A stretch of DNA of 64,000 nucleotides from Akkermansiaceae bacterium UBA1506 (GCA_002323995.1 DCQY01000126.1:8020-72019), one strand, 5' to 3'; positions 54,365-64,000 are shown, counted from the first letter of the stretch. Made by a program: numbers and translations. The notes: generated from the letters alone by a model not told the origin.

Positions 54365-56218
54365 ATGTGTGGTATTGTTGGGTATGTTGGAAGGGCATCG
54401 GCAAGTGCGGTTCTCATTAACGCTCTTAGGAGACTTGAGTATCGCGGTTATGACTCTTCCGGACTGGCGGTGATGAACGGGAGCCGTGAGGTCGAGATGC
54501 GAAAACGAAGTGGTCGTCTCGATAATTTAAAAGAGCTTTTAGGAGAGAGCCCGGTAGAAGGTGAGTGCGGCATTAGCCACACTCGGTGGGCAACTCATGG
54601 TGAGCCTACGGATGCGAATGCGCACCCTCACACTGACCGGTCTGGTAAGCTCGTTATGGTCCACAATGGAGTGATTGAAAATTACCAAACTCTCAAGGAG
54701 CAAATGGAAGTGGAGGGCCACAAATTCAAATCCCAGACTGACTCTGAAGTATTGGCTCACCTGATTGGAAAGTGTTTCGATAACAGTCAGGAAGATGACG
54801 GATGTAAGCGGCTGGTGGGAGCGGTTCGTGAGGCGCTTAAAATGATCGCTGGAACTTATGGCATTGTCGTGATGCACGCAGATGTACCGAAGTTTCTCGT
54901 GGGTGCGCGTCTCGGTAGTCCCCTCGTGATAGGCCTGGGTAAAGGAGAGAAATTTCTCGCTTCGGATGTCGGCGCTATCGTTTCCCACACCAGTGATGCG
55001 ATTTATCTGAGTGACCGTGATCTAGTTTACATGACTGACGATGATTTCACTATTGAAAATGTCGACGGTGATACCACAGACTACGAGGTCAGTACGGTTG
55101 ATTTTACTCAGGAGGATGCGGAGAAAGGAGATTTTCCACATTTCATGCTCAAGGAGATTTATGAGCAGCCGACTTCGATACAGAATGCTTTTCGTGGTCG
55201 TCTCCTCGATGATCAGGCCTCCGCTCTACTGGGGGGGTTACAGTTGACCCCAAGAGAACTTCGTGACGTCGATAGAATTGTTCTCTGTGGTTGTGGAACA
55301 GCGTCACATGCCGCCATGGTGGGGGAGTATCTCATTGAGCACCTAGCACGCATTCCAACCGAGGTTGAGATCGCGAGTGAATTTCGCTATCGAAATCCGC
55401 CCTTGGATAAGAACACGCTCGTATTTGTCATTAGCCAGAGTGGTGAGACGATCGATACGCTTTCTGCGATGCGGGAGGGGCAGCGTAAAGGACACCGAGT
55501 GCTTGGTATCGTGAACTCGGTGGGTTCAACAATCGCACGGGAGTCTGATGGAGGTAGTTATCTTTACTCCGGACCGGAGATCGGAGTCGCGGCGACGAAG
55601 TCGTTCACTTCACAGGTTACTCTTCTGACTCTGGTGGCTCTCTTGCTTGGTCGAATGCGCCATCTTTCAGTCGACTACGGCCAGCGAATGCTTCAGGAAT
55701 TGAGAGATTTGCCGGCTAAGGTTGAAATGATCCTCAAGCAGAGTGATAAGATCCGCACAATTGCCGAAAAATACATAGATGCTCAAGGTATGCTATTTCT
55801 CGGGCGGCAATTTAACTATCCAACGGCGCTTGAGGGGGCTCTCAAGATGAAGGAGATTTCCTACATCTTTGCCAGCGGTCATGCTGCTGCCGAGTTGAAG
55901 CACGGAATTATCGCACTCGTAAGTGAAGAGACTCCTAGCGTATTTATCATGCCGAAGGACTCGGTGTTTGAAAAGAATGTCAGCACACTTGAAGAAGTCA
56001 AGGCGCGCAAGGGTCCTGTGATTGCCGTAACAACCGAAGGAGGGGTCGAACTTGAGCGAATCGCAGACGATGTGATTTACATTCCAGAAGTAACTGAGTG
56101 CCTCAGCCCGATTCTTGCTTCCATTCCGTTGCAATTGCTCAGCTATCACTTTGCGGTGGCGCGAGGATGTGATGTCGATAAGCCGAGAAATCTGGCTAAG
56201 AGCGTGACGGTCGAATAA
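54365..56218 (+). CDS. glmS: Glutamine--fructose-6-phosphate aminotransferase
   Basis: MCGIVGY N-terminal nucleophile, HTRWATHG, two SIS domains (ISQSGETIDT), and the C-terminal KPRNLAKSVTVE. Confidence 0.95.
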   Translation: MCGIVGYVGRASASAVLINALRRLEYRGYDSSGLAVMNGSREVEMRKRSGRLDNLKELLGESPVEGECGISHTRWATHGEPTDANAHPHTDRSGKLVMVHNGVIENYQTLKEQMEVEGHKFKSQTDSEVLAHLIGKCFDNSQEDDGCKRLVGAVREALKMIAGTYGIVVMHADVPKFLVGARLGSPLVIGLGKGEKFLASDVGAIVSHTSDAIYLSDRDLVYMTDDDFTIENVDGDTTDYEVSTVDFTQEDAEKGDFPHFMLKEIYEQPTSIQNAFRGRLLDDQASALLGGLQLTPRELRDVDRIVLCGCGTASHAAMVGEYLIEHLARIPTEVEIASEFRYRNPPLDKNTLVFVISQSGETIDTLSAMREGQRKGHRVLGIVNSVGSTIARESDGGSYLYSGPEIGVAATKSFTSQVTLLTLVALLLGRMRHLSVDYGQRMLQELRDLPAKVEMILKQSDKIRTIAEKYIDAQGMLFLGRQFNYPTALEGALKMKEISYIFASGHAAAELKHGIIALVSEETPSVFIMPKDSVFEKNVSTLEEVKARKGPVIAVTTEGGVELERIADDVIYIPEVTECLSPILASIPLQLLSYHFAVARGCDVDKPRNLAKSVTVE

Positions 56219-56285
56219 ATTGCATTAATGATCTCAACAAGCTGCTTGGTTTCGGCAGTTATAGAATAGAAGTATAGTCAGGACT

Positions 56286-56756
56286 ATGGAAAACGAAGAT
56301 TCGAATGGAGTGCATACCGAAGAAGGGACCCCGATCCGGCAAATTGCTGTCTTCTTGCCCAATCGGCTGGGAGCTTTTGTGGCCGTTCTTGACCTAATCA
56401 AATCAAGTCATGTCGTGGTGATTGGTTTGTCGGTTCAGGATTCCATCGATAACACTGTAGTTCGACTCATTGTTAGTGATCCCGATACGGTGGAAACCAT
56501 TTTCATCGAGCGTGGCATCCCTTACAATTCGACTGATCTGGTCGTGGTTGAATTGCGTGAGGGAGCTGAGCAGATGCCGGATTGCCTCAGGACATTGCTT
56601 AATGCTGAGACAAATATTCATTTTATCTATCCACTTTTGACTCAGCCAAATGGGAGGTCCGCGCTAGCCCTTTGCGTGGAGGATAATCACTTTGGCCAGT
56701 CAATTCTCTCCAAGGCCGGTTATAAAATTCTTAGGCAGGAAGACCTTAGCCGCTGA
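56286..56756 (+). CDS. Tandem ACT-domain protein
   Basis: Two beta-alpha-beta-beta-alpha-beta-like halves: IAVFLPNRLGAFVAVLDLI..VVRLIV and VVVELREGAEQMPDCLRTLLNAETNI..ALALCV. Confidence 0.55.
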   Translation: MENEDSNGVHTEEGTPIRQIAVFLPNRLGAFVAVLDLIKSSHVVVIGLSVQDSIDNTVVRLIVSDPDTVETIFIERGIPYNSTDLVVVELREGAEQMPDCLRTLLNAETNIHFIYPLLTQPNGRSALALCVEDNHFGQSILSKAGYKILRQEDLSR

Positions 56757-57557
56757 TCAGATCGAGACCTTCCGGAAGATAGTATCGACAACATTCCTGA
56801 TATACTGCTCGTCAGAAAGGCCAACCGTGATTTCATCGGGGAATTCGGATATTTCGCGGAAGTGCTTTGCGAGTTGTGAAAAGAGGAGGAGGCGACTTTC
56901 GGGTTGCAGTTCATTCCGCCGGGTGATGGCGTCGAGAGCAATTCTAGCTTCATCCGGTGAAGTTCGATGCCGAAGTCGTGCTTCAAGGTGAGGCATGGTG
57001 GAAAACGAGTTTTCCTCTTTCTCCAGAAGTTCGTTGTAGGAAGGGGCCGAGACCTCGGATTCTCGGATTACGAGAGTTCCTGCAGCGAGATCTCCAGTCC
57101 TCTGACACTTAGGAGTGAGCAAGCAGCTTGTTCCACCGATCAGGTAAAACGTCGAAGGTAGCATATCGAGTAAACGGAAGATGTTCCGAATTAGAATCTG
57201 CTTGAATGACAGTGACAAGCCGCGCTCGTCTATCACCCTCAATCGAAAGATTCGTTTGCCGAGCGTCTGCCCCGACCAGAGCCATTCAGTAATGATTCCG
57301 TAGAAAGTGGCGATAACAAACTGGAGAATGATAGCGGCTCCTGTGCCGAAATCGATAAGGATTCTTCCGATTTGTGGAACTGTTTCCGCTATAGTCTGGA
57401 GGATATTAATAACCGTGGTGGCAAGGATGGTTAGTCCTATGATGACTGCGATGTCGATTGCCAAGGCAAGGCAACGACTGAACGGGCTTGCGATGGGAAC
57501 CTTAAACGATACCCCTTCTGCAGTTTGAACTTCGAGTGCGGTCGTTTTTCCCAGCAT
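56757..57557 (-). CDS. RDD family membrane protein
   Basis: N-terminal three-TM RDD-like region (FSRCLALAIDIAVIIGL ... GQTLGKRIFRLRVIDERG). The ATG at 57557 overlaps the upstream TGA (TGATG). Confidence 0.7.
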   Translation of the reverse strand: MLGKTTALEVQTAEGVSFKVPIASPFSRCLALAIDIAVIIGLTILATTVINILQTIAETVPQIGRILIDFGTGAAIILQFVIATFYGIITEWLWSGQTLGKRIFRLRVIDERGLSLSFKQILIRNIFRLLDMLPSTFYLIGGTSCLLTPKCQRTGDLAAGTLVIRESEVSAPSYNELLEKEENSFSTMPHLEARLRHRTSPDEARIALDAITRRNELQPESRLLLFSQLAKHFREISEFPDEITVGLSDEQYIRNVVDTIFRKVSI

Positions 57558-58567
57558 CAATTTGTTAGCTGGGGTTGAGGTTTTTTTCGACCGGATAAAC
57601 TAAGGTAGAGGACAAGGCCGCATAGTTGAACGAGCCCGAACCCAATTTTCCAAGGGTAGAACGGTGGAGCGTGATACTGGGACAGAAACGACTCAACAAT
57701 GCCTGCCCAGATCAGGAGTAGTGCGGCTCCTGCGATCAGGGTGACGAGATCACCACGAATCCGCGCGAAACGTTGTCGGAGTCTCAGGTTCGTCCCCCAA
57801 CCAAACATAGCGTGTGCAATCATCAAACCGGCTTGTCCACCGAGGAGTATGGCCGGTATTTCGATCGAGCCATGAGGTAGTAGCCATGCAGTGAGAAATT
57901 CTCCTTGGCCATCGCGAAGGTAATCGTAGATCACAAAGCCAAGGATCTGTCCGTTGCTGAATAGCAGAGTCAAAGTGAATATGCCCCATAGAAAACCGCT
58001 TACCATGAGTAGAGCGGTCACCTTCGTGTTGTGCGTCATTAATTCACTAGAGAAAGCATGTCTTCCTTGAAAGGCGTCGAAGTCTTGCTTTTCTTCGCGC
58101 TCAACACGCTTCGAAGGTTTTTCCCTAAGGTGGGGGAACTGCGGAGGAATAAACTGGTCTTTGAGGTCGTAGTCGACTGCGAGAGCACCCGCCCCGAATG
58201 AAGCCCCCGCGATAAATCCAGTGAATGAGATTACGAATGCCTTCCAATGGCGACGGAAGGTAGAAGGGAATGTTCTCGTGAGCCAATAGAGAGGTTTGAG
58301 AGGAATTTTTTCGCCGCCTGATTCATGCAGCCGGCTGTAGGCCCTAGCAACAAGGCGCTCGAGGTAGCGCGTCGTTTCAACTTCACCGGCAAAAGTATTG
58401 AGCTTAACGAGGTCGGCCGATGTCCTTTGGTAGAGATAGTAGAATCGCTTCGCTTCTTCGAGGGCTGGACGATATCCTCCATTTTCATCGTAGTTTCTGA
58501 GCAGCGCAGAGAGTTCATCCCAGTAGGGCTGTTCTCTGGTAATGAAACTGTTGAGATCGAGGATCAC
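57557..58567 (-). CDS. SpoIIM/DUF95 family integral membrane protein
   Basis: Multi-TM protein with NGQILGFVIY and LLPHGSIEIPAILLGGQAGLMIA motifs. The start is uncertain. An in-frame GTG at 58567 was chosen because the listed ATG at 58786 would overlap the divergent gspE-like gene. Confidence 0.55.
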   Translation of the reverse strand: MILDLNSFITREQPYWDELSALLRNYDENGGYRPALEEAKRFYYLYQRTSADLVKLNTFAGEVETTRYLERLVARAYSRLHESGGEKIPLKPLYWLTRTFPSTFRRHWKAFVISFTGFIAGASFGAGALAVDYDLKDQFIPPQFPHLREKPSKRVEREEKQDFDAFQGRHAFSSELMTHNTKVTALLMVSGFLWGIFTLTLLFSNGQILGFVIYDYLRDGQGEFLTAWLLPHGSIEIPAILLGGQAGLMIAHAMFGWGTNLRLRQRFARIRGDLVTLIAGAALLLIWAGIVESFLSQYHAPPFYPWKIGFGLVQLCGLVLYLSLSGRKKPQPQLTN

Positions 58568-58723
58568 GTCACCGAATATGGATAGTTGGTAATCCGATGG
58601 CAAGGTGCTTCTCAGGAGGCGATGGAAATTCAGCGCAACCGGGTAACATAGTCGGGGTTGACTAATTGGGCGGTTCCCTGCGAAGGTTCTTTTGCCGCGT
58701 AGTGTCGACCGGCTTTTTTTGAT

Positions 58724-60403
58724 ATGTCCCTGATACCTTTGCTTTCCAAGATTTCGATGGATAGTGGCTGCGTTGATGCCCCCCATTGTGAGTCCATTCT
58801 AGCTGATGCTGCCTCACGCCAAAGTTCGTTGGTTGACGCAGTTTTTGATGCCAGTTTGGTTGATGAAGGAGAGTTTTCCCGCCTGCTGGCCAAAGAGGCC
58901 GGGCTGCCGTTCATGGCAGCTTCGGAGGTAGATCTGGAGGAGTCGCTGCATCGGAAGTTTCCCGCCAAGCTGGCGCTGCGCTATCGCTTGCTTCCGGGTA
59001 TGATTGAAGATGGGCAGATCTGTCTAATGACCTACGATCCTTTTGACCTCGAGGCACGGCAGGCCGTCGGTCGAGAGTGGCCAAAGCCAGTGACCTGGGC
59101 GGTCGGAACCCGCTATCGGATTCTAGAAGGTTTGCGCCAGGGATATGGGGTCGGGGCAGAACAGTTCGATGAGTTGATCGAGGGGCGGGAAATCAGCCCT
59201 GACGACGAGTTTGAGCAGGAAGTGACCCAACTCGATGAGGACGAGGAAGAAGCCTCGGTCATGAATTTTGTGAATCAGGTCTTTCGCGAGGCACTTCGGG
59301 AGCGAGCTACTGACATTCATATTGAGCCACTCGAGAAAAACCTTCGAATTCGCTATCGTATCGATGGTTCGTTGCAAGAGGTCACGGTGCCACCCGATAT
59401 TAGGGCACTGCAAGCGTCTCTTATTTCTAGATTGAAGATCATGGCGCAGCTCGATATTGCGGAGCGGCGTTTGCCGCAGGACGGGCGCATCAACCTCGAA
59501 CTTGATGGTAATCCTGTTGATGTGCGTGTTGCGACCATTCCTTCGGTGAATGGAGAAAGCGTCAGTCTTCGTCTGCTCACGCGGCAGAATTTCGATATTT
59601 CGATGCTTGGATTGGACAGGGCAACCGAAGAGACGATCGAAGGGCTGCTAAAGCAGCCTAACGGTATTATCATGGTGACGGGGCCAACAGGTTCCGGTAA
59701 ATCGACAACGCTTTACACTTTCCTTAAAAAATTAAATACCAAAGACACTCGCATTGTCACGGTGGAGGACCCGGTTGAAAACCGTCTGGATGGAGTGGTC
59801 CAGATCGCGATCAAACCGGAGATCGGACTGACCTTTGCCGGTGGTCTTCGTAGCATTCTTCGTGGCGACCCGAATATCATCATGGTGGGTGAGATGCGTG
59901 ACCTTGAAACAACTGAAATAGCGATTCGTGGTGCACTGACCGGCCACCTAGTTTTCAGCACGTTGCATACGAATGACGCGGTTTCAGGGATTACCCGCCT
60001 TCTCGATATGGGAGTCGAACCTTTCCTGATCGCCTCCTCTGTGCGTGCCTTTCTCGCCCAGCGACTAGTGAGGAAACTGTGCGATGAGTGTAAGCGACCG
60101 GCTCAGTTAGATGACGACTATTTAAGAGAAATTGGATTTCCACTTGAGGCCAAGTCGGGTATCCACGAGGCGGCTGGATGCCAGGCCTGTCGCGATACCG
60201 GGTATCGAGGTCGAATGGCGATTCTCGAGATTTGTGTGATTGATCCCAAGCTTTCAGAACTGATCACATCTCAAGCCCCTTACTCATCTTTGAAAGAGCA
60301 GGCCCTCTCAGGAGGAATGACGACCCTTCGCAACTATGGTTGGCATAAGGTAGCTCAAGGATACACCACGATTGAAGAGGTCCTCAGTAACGTTGATCAT
60401 TGA
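58724..60403 (+). CDS. GspE/PilB-family type II/IV secretion ATPase
   Basis: N-terminal T2SSE_N/MshEN-like domain. ASDIHIEP-type box (ATDIHIEP). Walker A GPTGSGKSTT. Asp box and Walker B (IIMVGEMRD). His box (GHLVFSTLHTND). Tetracysteine CDEC..CQAC. Confidence 0.9.
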   Translation: MSLIPLLSKISMDSGCVDAPHCESILADAASRQSSLVDAVFDASLVDEGEFSRLLAKEAGLPFMAASEVDLEESLHRKFPAKLALRYRLLPGMIEDGQICLMTYDPFDLEARQAVGREWPKPVTWAVGTRYRILEGLRQGYGVGAEQFDELIEGREISPDDEFEQEVTQLDEDEEEASVMNFVNQVFREALRERATDIHIEPLEKNLRIRYRIDGSLQEVTVPPDIRALQASLISRLKIMAQLDIAERRLPQDGRINLELDGNPVDVRVATIPSVNGESVSLRLLTRQNFDISMLGLDRATEETIEGLLKQPNGIIMVTGPTGSGKSTTLYTFLKKLNTKDTRIVTVEDPVENRLDGVVQIAIKPEIGLTFAGGLRSILRGDPNIIMVGEMRDLETTEIAIRGALTGHLVFSTLHTNDAVSGITRLLDMGVEPFLIASSVRAFLAQRLVRKLCDECKRPAQLDDDYLREIGFPLEAKSGIHEAAGCQACRDTGYRGRMAILEICVIDPKLSELITSQAPYSSLKEQALSGGMTTLRNYGWHKVAQGYTTIEEVLSNVDH

Positions 60404-60662
60404 TTTGGCGCGTGTCCTGCCACGGATACCTTGATTGCGCGAGGTGAGGGTATCGGACGAAAGTATTCGCTAATTCGATTGAAAGATGCTTGGGATCTCT
60501 TCGATAAGAGTGCTCAATCCTACGGAGACATTCAATGCATAGCCGGCAATCTGAGCGGAAGGGCAGCCGGGGCGAGTGACTTTTATTTCAACGGTTGTCG
60601 CAACTTTGGAGAGTATTTTGTGATCGTCGCGGGCCAATATGAAAGAATTCCAAAAATAAGAA

Positions 60663-61814
60663 TCAGGAGGAGAAGCGGCGTTCACCTCCGACAAAGACTG
60701 CGACGACTTCAAGTTTCCGAGTTAATAGGGTTAAATCAGCTAGCAAACCTTGTTTGATGTCACCTCTATCTCTCAGGCTGAGTGATCGGGCTTGGTTAAG
60801 TGCACAACTCCGCGATACTTCGTTGAGTGGCAATCCGGTAAACTCGATTACATTTCGGAGTGCTTGATCAAACGTGAGAATTGAGCCTGCGAGATTCCCG
60901 GCTGGGATGCGAGCGGCCCCGTCTTTGACCGTGATTGTCGTATTTCCTTGTGGGTAGGTTCCGTTTCCGAGGTGAGAGGCTGCCATGGAATCGGTGACTA
61001 GCATAATTCGTTTGCTGCCGATTATCTTAAAGGCTAGCTGGACCATATCAGGGCATAGATGGACCCCGTCGCAGATGATCTCCGTCATGATCGAATCGTC
61101 GAGGAGACCGGCGCCAACGAGTCCAATTTCACGGTGGTGAAGGGGGGACATCTGGTTACAGAAGTGGGTGAGATGTGAGAGACCAGCTTTGCGTGCTGCT
61201 CTGTATTCGTTATAGGTAGCAGCGCTGTGGGCAGCCGAGGTGACAATGCCCATCTCTTTTGCAGCAGAGATGAAGTCGCAGGCACCGTTCAGTTCAACCG
61301 CCAGTGAGACCAGACCGACGGGGCAAAGTTCATGAACTTTTTGAATCTCCTCGATGTCAGGTTCGCGCATTTGGCAGGGATCCTGCGCGCCCGCCTGGTC
61401 TGGATTGAGGTATGGGCCCTCGACATGGAGAAAAGGAGCACGGGCAAATGATTGATTTTTGCGGTAAGTAGTTGCTGCCCTTGCCATCTTAAGGGTTTCC
61501 TCGGGTGAGGAGGTCCAGGTGGTGGGCAAAAACGTAGTCACTCCCTCGGAAAGTTTTGCCTCGGCAATGGAAGCGACAGCCTCAAAAGTTCCAAGGGAGA
61601 GATCGGCACCATTGGCTCCGTGAGTGTGAATATCGATGAATCCAGCGAAGAGATAGAGTTCACCTCCACCGTCCATGATAACATCGCTTCCAGCCGGAGG
61701 TTCATGGCCTTCATGAATCTGCTGGATACGCCCTTCATCGTCAATTACCACACTGACTGGGCGGATCAGGGATTTTGGTGAAACAAGGAGAACGTCGGCA
61801 ATGACTTTAGACAT
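60663..61814 (-). CDS. nagA: N-acetylglucosamine-6-phosphate deacetylase
   Basis: Motifs GFIDIHTHGANG, HVEGPYLN and THFCNQMSP. The ATG at 61814 is preferred because the longer version runs into the upstream terminator. Confidence 0.85.
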   Translation of the reverse strand: MSKVIADVLLVSPKSLIRPVSVVIDDEGRIQQIHEGHEPPAGSDVIMDGGGELYLFAGFIDIHTHGANGADLSLGTFEAVASIAEAKLSEGVTTFLPTTWTSSPEETLKMARAATTYRKNQSFARAPFLHVEGPYLNPDQAGAQDPCQMREPDIEEIQKVHELCPVGLVSLAVELNGACDFISAAKEMGIVTSAAHSAATYNEYRAARKAGLSHLTHFCNQMSPLHHREIGLVGAGLLDDSIMTEIICDGVHLCPDMVQLAFKIIGSKRIMLVTDSMAASHLGNGTYPQGNTTITVKDGAARIPAGNLAGSILTFDQALRNVIEFTGLPLNEVSRSCALNQARSLSLRDRGDIKQGLLADLTLLTRKLEVVAVFVGGERRFSS

Positions 61815-61863
61815 GGCGGGATTGGTGGGCTGCAAAAATGAACTCAATCTTTCGTAGAGAACC

Positions 61864-61900
61864 ACAAAAAACCGCCCTCCTGAATTAGGAAAGGGCGGTT
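61864..61900 (-). terminator. Rho-independent terminator after the TPR gene
   Basis: On the minus strand, a perfect 9-bp stem AACCGCCCT / AGGGCGGTT is followed by TTTTTT. Confidence 0.75.
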
Positions 61901-61940
61901 CAATAAACTTGGGGTTCTTTTTGCAGTAAAACCGATCGGC

Positions 61941-62837
61941 TTATTCGGCTTTCTCGGTTGTGGACTTGGCTTTGGGCTTCTTTACGCCTTTGGACTTAGC
62001 GTTTCCTTTAGGCTTAGATGAGGGCTGTTTTGCTTCTGGTTTTGGCGTCCCTGCTTTAGCTGCTTTCTCTTTGTTAGGCTTCTTTTCATCAGCCATAGGA
62101 GCAGGAGTATCTTCCCCTGTTTCTTCCTCGGGAGTAGGTTCTGGCTTGGGTGGATCAGGGCGGGGAACGGTTGGAGGATCACCGATTGCGAGAAGTGATA
62201 TTTTTTGTTCAGCGACAGAGTAAAAAGGATTCTCTGGATGCTCGGTGTAGGATTTCTGGTAGAGCTGATCTGCTTCCACCGCGTCGCCGGCTTCAAGTGC
62301 TAGATCGCCGAGGCGGATTTTCGAAAATGGAGTCAACTCGCCGTCTGGTTGGGCTTCGATCGTCTCCTCGTAGTATATCTTAGCCTTTTCGTTGTCTCCA
62401 GACACATGGTAGAGGTTAGCCATTCCGAAGAGACCTTGTGCATAGCGCGGGTGTTGGGGGAATTCGCTGACAAACTTCTCTATGGTGCTCAAGGCATCCT
62501 GCTGTTTGCCCTGGTCGAGCAGTAACTCGGCTTTGCTAAGTAGAGCATTACCAGCCGGAATCGAGGCTGGGAAATTGACGAGGACAGCGTCGAGGGCGGC
62601 AATCTCATTTTTATCAATTGCGGCCGTGTAAGCCGCAGCGGCCTCCAGGTGTTTTTGTTTCTGCATCTGACCGCCTACCAAAATGACGCAAATGGCGACT
62701 GCCGCGGCGATGATGCCAGCGAAGATCCTCGTCCGGTTTTTATTGAGGGCATCGACGACGTCAGCTGCTTCAGAAGCCGCAAGGGACTCAATCTCCTCTG
62801 GCTCCGGGTCAGGCGTTTCGGTTGATTTAGAACTCAT
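61941..62837 (-). CDS. Membrane-anchored TPR protein with a Lys/Pro-rich C-terminal tail
   Basis: One N-terminal TM helix (IFAGIIAAAVAICVILVGG). TPR-like helices (YAQGLFGMANLYHVSGDNEKAKIYYEETI). The last roughly 90 residues are P/K/E/A-rich. Confidence 0.7.
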   Translation of the reverse strand: MSSKSTETPDPEPEEIESLAASEAADVVDALNKNRTRIFAGIIAAAVAICVILVGGQMQKQKHLEAAAAYTAAIDKNEIAALDAVLVNFPASIPAGNALLSKAELLLDQGKQQDALSTIEKFVSEFPQHPRYAQGLFGMANLYHVSGDNEKAKIYYEETIEAQPDGELTPFSKIRLGDLALEAGDAVEADQLYQKSYTEHPENPFYSVAEQKISLLAIGDPPTVPRPDPPKPEPTPEEETGEDTPAPMADEKKPNKEKAAKAGTPKPEAKQPSSKPKGNAKSKGVKKPKAKSTTEKAE

Positions 62838-62912
62838 TGTATCGGCAAAAATTGAAGCAACTTTCCTCCATTGGAACGCGCGGCTCGAAAGGTAATCGCT
62901 ATTTCTGGTTTG

Positions 62913-63902
62913 TCAGCCCCCAACCGCGGCGCGTGCTTCATCAGCCAGCGGAGTTGAAAGATAGCGTTCACCTGTAGAGCAACCAATGGTGACGATGATC
63001 TTGCCGGCGTTTTCGGGGCGCTTGGCCACTTCGATGGCAGCACACACGTTTGCACCGGAGCTGATTCCGCCGAGAATACCTTCTTCTTTGGCGAGACGCC
63101 GCGCCATAGTAAAGGCGTCGTCGTTGGAGACTTTAATGCACTCACTGATCTGGGAATTCCCGCTCTCATGATTGAGGTGGAGGTTGTCGGGAACGAAGCC
63201 GGCGCCTGTGCCCTGAATTTTGTGAGGTCCGGGAGTGAGATCTTCGCCGGCTAGGGTTTGGCTGATGACCGGGGAATCTTCGGGTTCAGCAACGATCACC
63301 TGAATGTTCGGATTCTTTGCTTTGAGTCCCTCTACGCAGCCCGTCGCTGTTCCGCCCGTACCAACAGCAGAAACGACGATGTCGACCTTACCACCGGTGT
63401 CTTCCCAGATTTCTTCCGCAGTCGTCTTGATGTGGATGGCGGGATTCGCGGGGTTGGAGAATTGCTGGGGGATGAATGAATTCGGCGTATTGGCCGCAAT
63501 TTCCTCGGCTTTGGCAATTGCTCCTTTCATTCCCTTGGGGCCTTCGGTAAGGACCAACTCAGCGCCAAGGAGGGCCAATAGGGTGCGCCGTTCGAGGCTC
63601 ATCGTCTCCGGCATGGTCAGGATGAGCTTGTATCCTTTGGAAGCGCACACGAAAGCGAGAGCAATTCCTGTATTTCCTGAGGTGGGTTCAACGATAACGG
63701 TGTCAGCGGTGAGTTGACCAGCAGCCTCAGCCGCTTCAATCATTGCCATTCCGATCCGATCTTTCACTGAGCCGAGTGGGTTAAAAAATTCGCACTTGAG
63801 GGCGATCGTTGCGTCGAGGCCTTCGGTAACCTTATTGAGCTTGACGATCGGGGTACTTCCGACTGTTTCGACGATGTTGTTGTAGATCTTTCCGTGTGCC
63901 AT
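62913..63902 (-). CDS. cysK: Cysteine synthase A (O-acetylserine sulfhydrylase)
   Basis: PLP-lysine motif [13 protein letters not shown]. Substrate loop [15 protein letters not shown] glycine-rich loop. C-terminal GERYLSTPL. Confidence 0.9.
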   Translation of the reverse strand: MAHGKIYNNIVETVGSTPIVKLNKVTEGLDATIALKCEFFNPLGSVKDRIGMAMIEAAEAAGQLTADTVIVEPTSGNTGIALAFVCASKGYKLILTMPETMSLERRTLLALLGAELVLTEGPKGMKGAIAKAEEIAANTPNSFIPQQFSNPANPAIHIKTTAEEIWEDTGGKVDIVVSAVGTGGTATGCVEGLKAKNPNIQVIVAEPEDSPVISQTLAGEDLTPGPHKIQGTGAGFVPDNLHLNHESGNSQISECIKVSNDDAFTMARRLAKEEGILGGISSGANVCAAIEVAKRPENAGKIIVTIGCSTGERYLSTPLADEARAAVGG

Positions 63903-64000
63903 GAGTGAATTGTGGTTGTGAATGGAATCCGGTCTGTCCGGAGACGTTTTTCTATTTTAGGTGGTATAGCGAATTCGGGCGGGCTTGCAATCCGATTTTC

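Noticed and set aside
1-64000. Search for CRISPR arrays, IS elements, integrases, phage genes, toxin-antitoxin pairs or known defence-system genes
   Set aside because: I saw no direct-repeat arrays, no transposase, integrase or recombinase motifs, and no terminal inverted repeats. The window looks like core chromosome rather than a mobile or defence island. A by-eye scan cannot exclude short or degenerate repeats.

Overview
The window is a gene-dense (about 90% coding) chromosomal stretch with no rRNA, tRNA, CRISPR array, transposase or integrase that I could find. The gene content points to a PVC-superphylum bacterium, most likely a marine Verrucomicrobiota member. The evidence is four Cys-type sulfatases, a PSCyt1/DUF1549/LamG/DUF1553 giant protein paired with a Tat-signal DUF1501 protein, a PSCyt1-SHD1 protein, a prepilin-like protein, and two membrane-spanning eukaryote-like Ser/Thr kinases. 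This phylum assignment is an inference from gene content only. Housekeeping genes recognised by motifs are metY, a ferredoxin, folB, recO, prfB, polX, ldcA, hpf, the kdsA-lptC-lptA-lptB cluster, fabG, glgC, glmS, nagA and cysK. prfB carries the classic programmed +1 frameshift, which the ORF track misses. The regions most worth follow-up are these: (1) a tightly coupled membrane GT21-like glycosyltransferase plus sulfotransferase pair wedged between sulfatases. (2) A divergent GspL/PilMN, GspM/PilO, PilP-like module with no secretin, preceded by an unexplained 550-bp non-coding spacer. (3) A zinc-ribbon Ser/Thr kinase followed directly by a ClpX paralog that lacks the zinc-binding domain but keeps the IGF loop. 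(4) A split MnmC-like pair, an FAD oxidoreductase followed by a YtqB/MnmM-type methyltransferase. (5) Lpt proteins with large non-canonical N-terminal extensions. All domain calls come from reading motifs in the supplied translations. No database search was run, and several start codons were re-chosen by eye because the ORF track uses TTG/GTG starts.
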